Shown here one piece after another: positions 61,451-64,000 of a DNA stretch of 64,000 nucleotides. Location: positions 65,700-129,699 of the forward strand of contig CAWDWA010000010.1 of the NCBI GenBank assembly GCA_963805815.1. Reading direction: 5' to 3'. Positions within the stretch are counted from its first letter, which is position 1; every line of letters begins with the position of its first letter. Both the position numbers and the translations under genes were made by a program. The notes below the pieces were generated by a model. The model did no database searches. It saw nothing but the letters and a program-made list of their open reading frames with translations, and was not told where the DNA came from. This DNA is from an uncultured Verrucomicrobiae bacterium. GTDB lineage: Bacteria; Verrucomicrobiota; Verrucomicrobiia; Chthoniobacterales; Chthoniobacteraceae.

Positions 61451-62455
61451 TTTGCGGATGTGTTGGAATTGGCGGCGGGTTCGTAAAGGCTGAGGTCGGC
61501 GGGGCCGAGTTCGACTTCCAGGAGGTCGGCCCGGCGGGTGAGATGAAGCGGCCCCGGGACCGGCGAGAGGCGTTGGCGCTGTTCGAGGATGTTGGCGATG
61601 TATTCGCTGGAGAAGGCCTCGAATTCGAAGGCGTCCTCGAGAGCACGGACGACGTTGTCTTTTCCGTAGATGTCGGCCAGGGCCATGATCTTTGTGATGT
61701 GGACACGGGCGCTGAGGCGGCGTTGCTCGAGTCGGCGATGGTATTCTTCCGCCCGCGGACAGAGAGCGTAGAAGCCCAGGAGGAGGTGCGCCTGGCGGGC
61801 CCGGCGGCGCTGGTCGAGGAGTTCTTTTTACATGATCGGGATTTTCGAAGTCGCGGTGGCGCTCGTAGCTGCGTGGATGGGTAGCGACGAGGTTCCCGGC
61901 ATGATAGAGACAGAGCCGATCGGCGTAAGCCTTCAGAGTAAGACGCTGCGAAGCGTACAGGGAAGGCACGGAGTAGCGATTGGTGTCCAGCACGACGCGG
62001 CAGCGGTTGGTGACGCGAACGGTGCGGACCACGCCGGTGTCGGCAGGTAGCGGAAGAAGAGGTTTTAAACGCTGTTGTTCTTCCGCAAACAGATCGATGG
62101 GACGTTTTCTGGTTTCGCCGTGGATGCGGACGTTGGCAATCGAGTCCATCCATTGGCGGGCAGCGGTATTCAGCGCGCCCAGGGAGTCGGGCAGTTCGAG
62201 TCCGCACAGGAAGTTCTTTTTCACGTAGCCGACGGCGTTTTCCACACGACCTTTTTCATGGGCCTTGCGGACATTGCAGGCGGCCGGGGAGAAGCCGTAG
62301 TGAGCCGCGAAGTCGAGGTATCGTGGGTGAAAAGTGGCCTTCTCACCAACGGGATGGCTGAGGACGCCTGTCTTTAAATTATCAATGTTTTGTTCCCGGA
62401 CGAAATATGTGCCCAACTTCGAGGGCGACTCGAAAATTGGGCAAATGCTGGGCAT
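61444..62455 (-). pseudogene. istA: IS21-family transposase IstA, 5'-truncated (no HTH or DDE N-terminal half) and frameshifted
   Basis: GRVENAVGYVKKNFLCG...VRIHGETRKRPIDLF (the IstA region after the DDE). The C-terminus MALADIYGKDNVVRALEDAFEFEAFSSEYIANIL...LHLTRRADL is in another frame (61444..61686). Confidence 0.7.
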
Positions 62456-62472
62456 GTTCGGTCACATAATTT

Positions 62473-63483
62473 CTACAGGGTTTTGAGCCATTTCAGCAGT
62501 TCCGCGTCTTCCCGCCAGATGGGCTTGCGGAGGCATGCCTCCGAAGAAGCAGAAGCCGGTGGTTGGCACGCCTGCAAAGCAGCCTGTTTCATTCGAAGGT
62601 TGATCTCGGCGTAGCGATTGGTCGTTTCCAGGCTCACATGCCCCAACCAGCCGCGGATTACGTTTGCCTCCACGCCCGCTTCCAGAAGGTGGACGGCGGA
62701 CGTGTGCCGAAAGGTGTGCGGCGAGATTCGCCGACGGGACTCGTTCGATTTGAGCAACGATCGCGTGTGGCGATGGACGATTTTGTAAATGCCAAACCGA
62801 GTCAGAGCCTGGCCCCGCAGCGAGGTAAAGACCGCCCGCTCTGGATTCGTCTCCTTCTGCCCGGCCACCAGTTGCGTGAGCAAGGTCGCCGTCTCCTTCC
62901 ACAAAGGACAGACGCGCCATTTGTCACCTTTCCCGTGGAGTTGAACCCGAGGTTGGCCTTCGAGTTCGAGGTTCTTGTAGCGGAGATCAGCAACTTCCTG
63001 AACCCGCGCCCCAGTGTTGTAAAGGAACAGCAAGAGCGCTCGGTCGCGCAAGGCGAATGAACCTTGAGTCGGCAACGAGGTGAACAGGGACTGCACTTCG
63101 TCCCGTTCAAGGAAGAACGTTTCTGCGGGTGCTGTCCGCTTGGTGGGAATGGCGGCGACACTCTGGGCTTCCTTGAGCATCTCGGGAACACGCCGAGCCA
63201 GGTAATCAAAAAGACCGCGGAGTGCGGCCAATCGCTGATTACGGGTTCGCACCTGATTGTGGCGATCGATTTCCAAACTCCGTAGGAAGACCAGCACCTG
63301 AGCACATGTCAGGTCAGCCAGGGTGAGCCGGCTGATCTTGCGCCCGGCCTTCTCCGCCAGAAAGAGCAGAAAGAGTATTACGCTGTCCCGATAACTTTTC
63401 AGCGAACTGGGCCGCAGCCCTTTCTGGCATTTGAGGTAGTCTTCAAAGAAGCTGTAGAGGAGCGGACCTAAATGAGTATTCAC
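62473..63483 (-). CDS. Tyrosine-type site-specific recombinase/integrase, last gene of a probable recombinase-in-trio array
   Basis: 336 aa. Catalytic region ...HTFRHTSAVHLLEAGVEANVIRGWLGHVSLETTNRYAEI (H-x-x-R...Y). Its start overlaps the stop of the upstream recombinase by 4 nt. Confidence 0.8.
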   Translation of the reverse strand: MNTHLGPLLYSFFEDYLKCQKGLRPSSLKSYRDSVILFLLFLAEKAGRKISRLTLADLTCAQVLVFLRSLEIDRHNQVRTRNQRLAALRGLFDYLARRVPEMLKEAQSVAAIPTKRTAPAETFFLERDEVQSLFTSLPTQGSFALRDRALLLFLYNTGARVQEVADLRYKNLELEGQPRVQLHGKGDKWRVCPLWKETATLLTQLVAGQKETNPERAVFTSLRGQALTRFGIYKIVHRHTRSLLKSNESRRRISPHTFRHTSAVHLLEAGVEANVIRGWLGHVSLETTNRYAEINLRMKQAALQACQPPASASSEACLRKPIWREDAELLKWLKTL

Positions 63484-64000
63484 CGTACCACCTCCTTAAG
63501 CAGCGGAGCGGCGAAGTGATTGAAGCGCTGATTGGCTTGCTCCAGCAACTCGGCCGTGATGTTGAGATATACGGCGGTTGAGGCCGGATGCACGTGCCCC
63601 ATAAACGTGGACAGATCCCACAACCGTTGCTGCGGATCGATACCCGAACGGTACCACCGCAACAACGTGCCGACGGCAAAGGAGTGACGCAGACAATGCA
63701 GACGCGGTGGCATCGCACCCTCCGGAACCCTTATTCCCAGGCGTGGCCAGAGGGCATGGAACGTCTGGCTGATTGTCCCAGGATTTATTGCTCGGGATCC
63801 ATCCGGGCGAAAGGAGAAGAGTGGTGTGGTCGGCGTTGAGGTGACCGCGTCCTCCGCTTGCTGGCGCAAGTACTCGCGCAATCGATCTCCGAGCCTGGGA
63901 CCAAAAGGCACCAGGCGGCTCTTGAGGAATTTGGTTTCACGAATGATCAACAGGTTGCGCTCCAGGTCCACATCCTGACGGCAAAGCCGGGCGGTCTCTC
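63480..64000 (-). CDS. Tyrosine-type recombinase/integrase (partial; N-terminus beyond window end)
   Basis: Reading frame is open to the window edge. ...VDLERNLLIIRETKFLKSRLVPFG...CLRHSFAVGTLL...MGHVHPASTAVYL contains the R, HxxR and Y catalytic residues. Confidence 0.75.
   Translation of the reverse strand, partial: ETARLCRQDVDLERNLLIIRETKFLKSRLVPFGPRLGDRLREYLRQQAEDAVTSTPTTPLFSFRPDGSRAINPGTISQTFHALWPRLGIRVPEGAMPPRLHCLRHSFAVGTLLRWYRSGIDPQQRLWDLSTFMGHVHPASTAVYLNITAELLEQANQRFNHFAAPLLKEVVR

Overview
High-GC bacterial accessory region whose backbone is a cell-surface glycan (EPS/LPS-like) biosynthesis locus. It encodes GT1/GT4 and GT2 glycosyltransferases, a SAM methyltransferase, an RmlC-like 3,5-epimerase, two NAD-dependent epimerase/dehydratases, an SDR, a Wza-like polysaccharide export lipoprotein and a sulfotransferase, plus two very large secreted repeat proteins (SGNH+Ig-like+MBG, and FN3+cadherin-like+PA14) that each contain long near-identical tandem duplications. 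This backbone is heavily littered with insertion sequences from at least ten families (IS5/IS427, IS4-like, IS630, an unusual IS66-like element carrying a DUF4338-like ORF, IS3, IS1380-like, ISL3, IS200/IS605, IS1634, IS21). Many are nested, frameshifted or truncated, and several have recognisable inverted repeats and target-site duplications. The second half contains a GH25 lysozyme-like gene, an orphan HlyD-like adaptor, a K+ channel, a PAS-adenylate cyclase, a GNAT, a decayed NDH-2 gene, a zwf-gnd pair, an N-terminally truncated SPFH/stomatin gene, a minus-strand array of YciI-like/DUF899/VOC paralogs with pseudogenised duplicates, and finally an IS21 remnant inserted next to two overlapping tyrosine recombinases (probable RIT-type element running off the window end). 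No rRNA, tRNA or CRISPR arrays were recognised.
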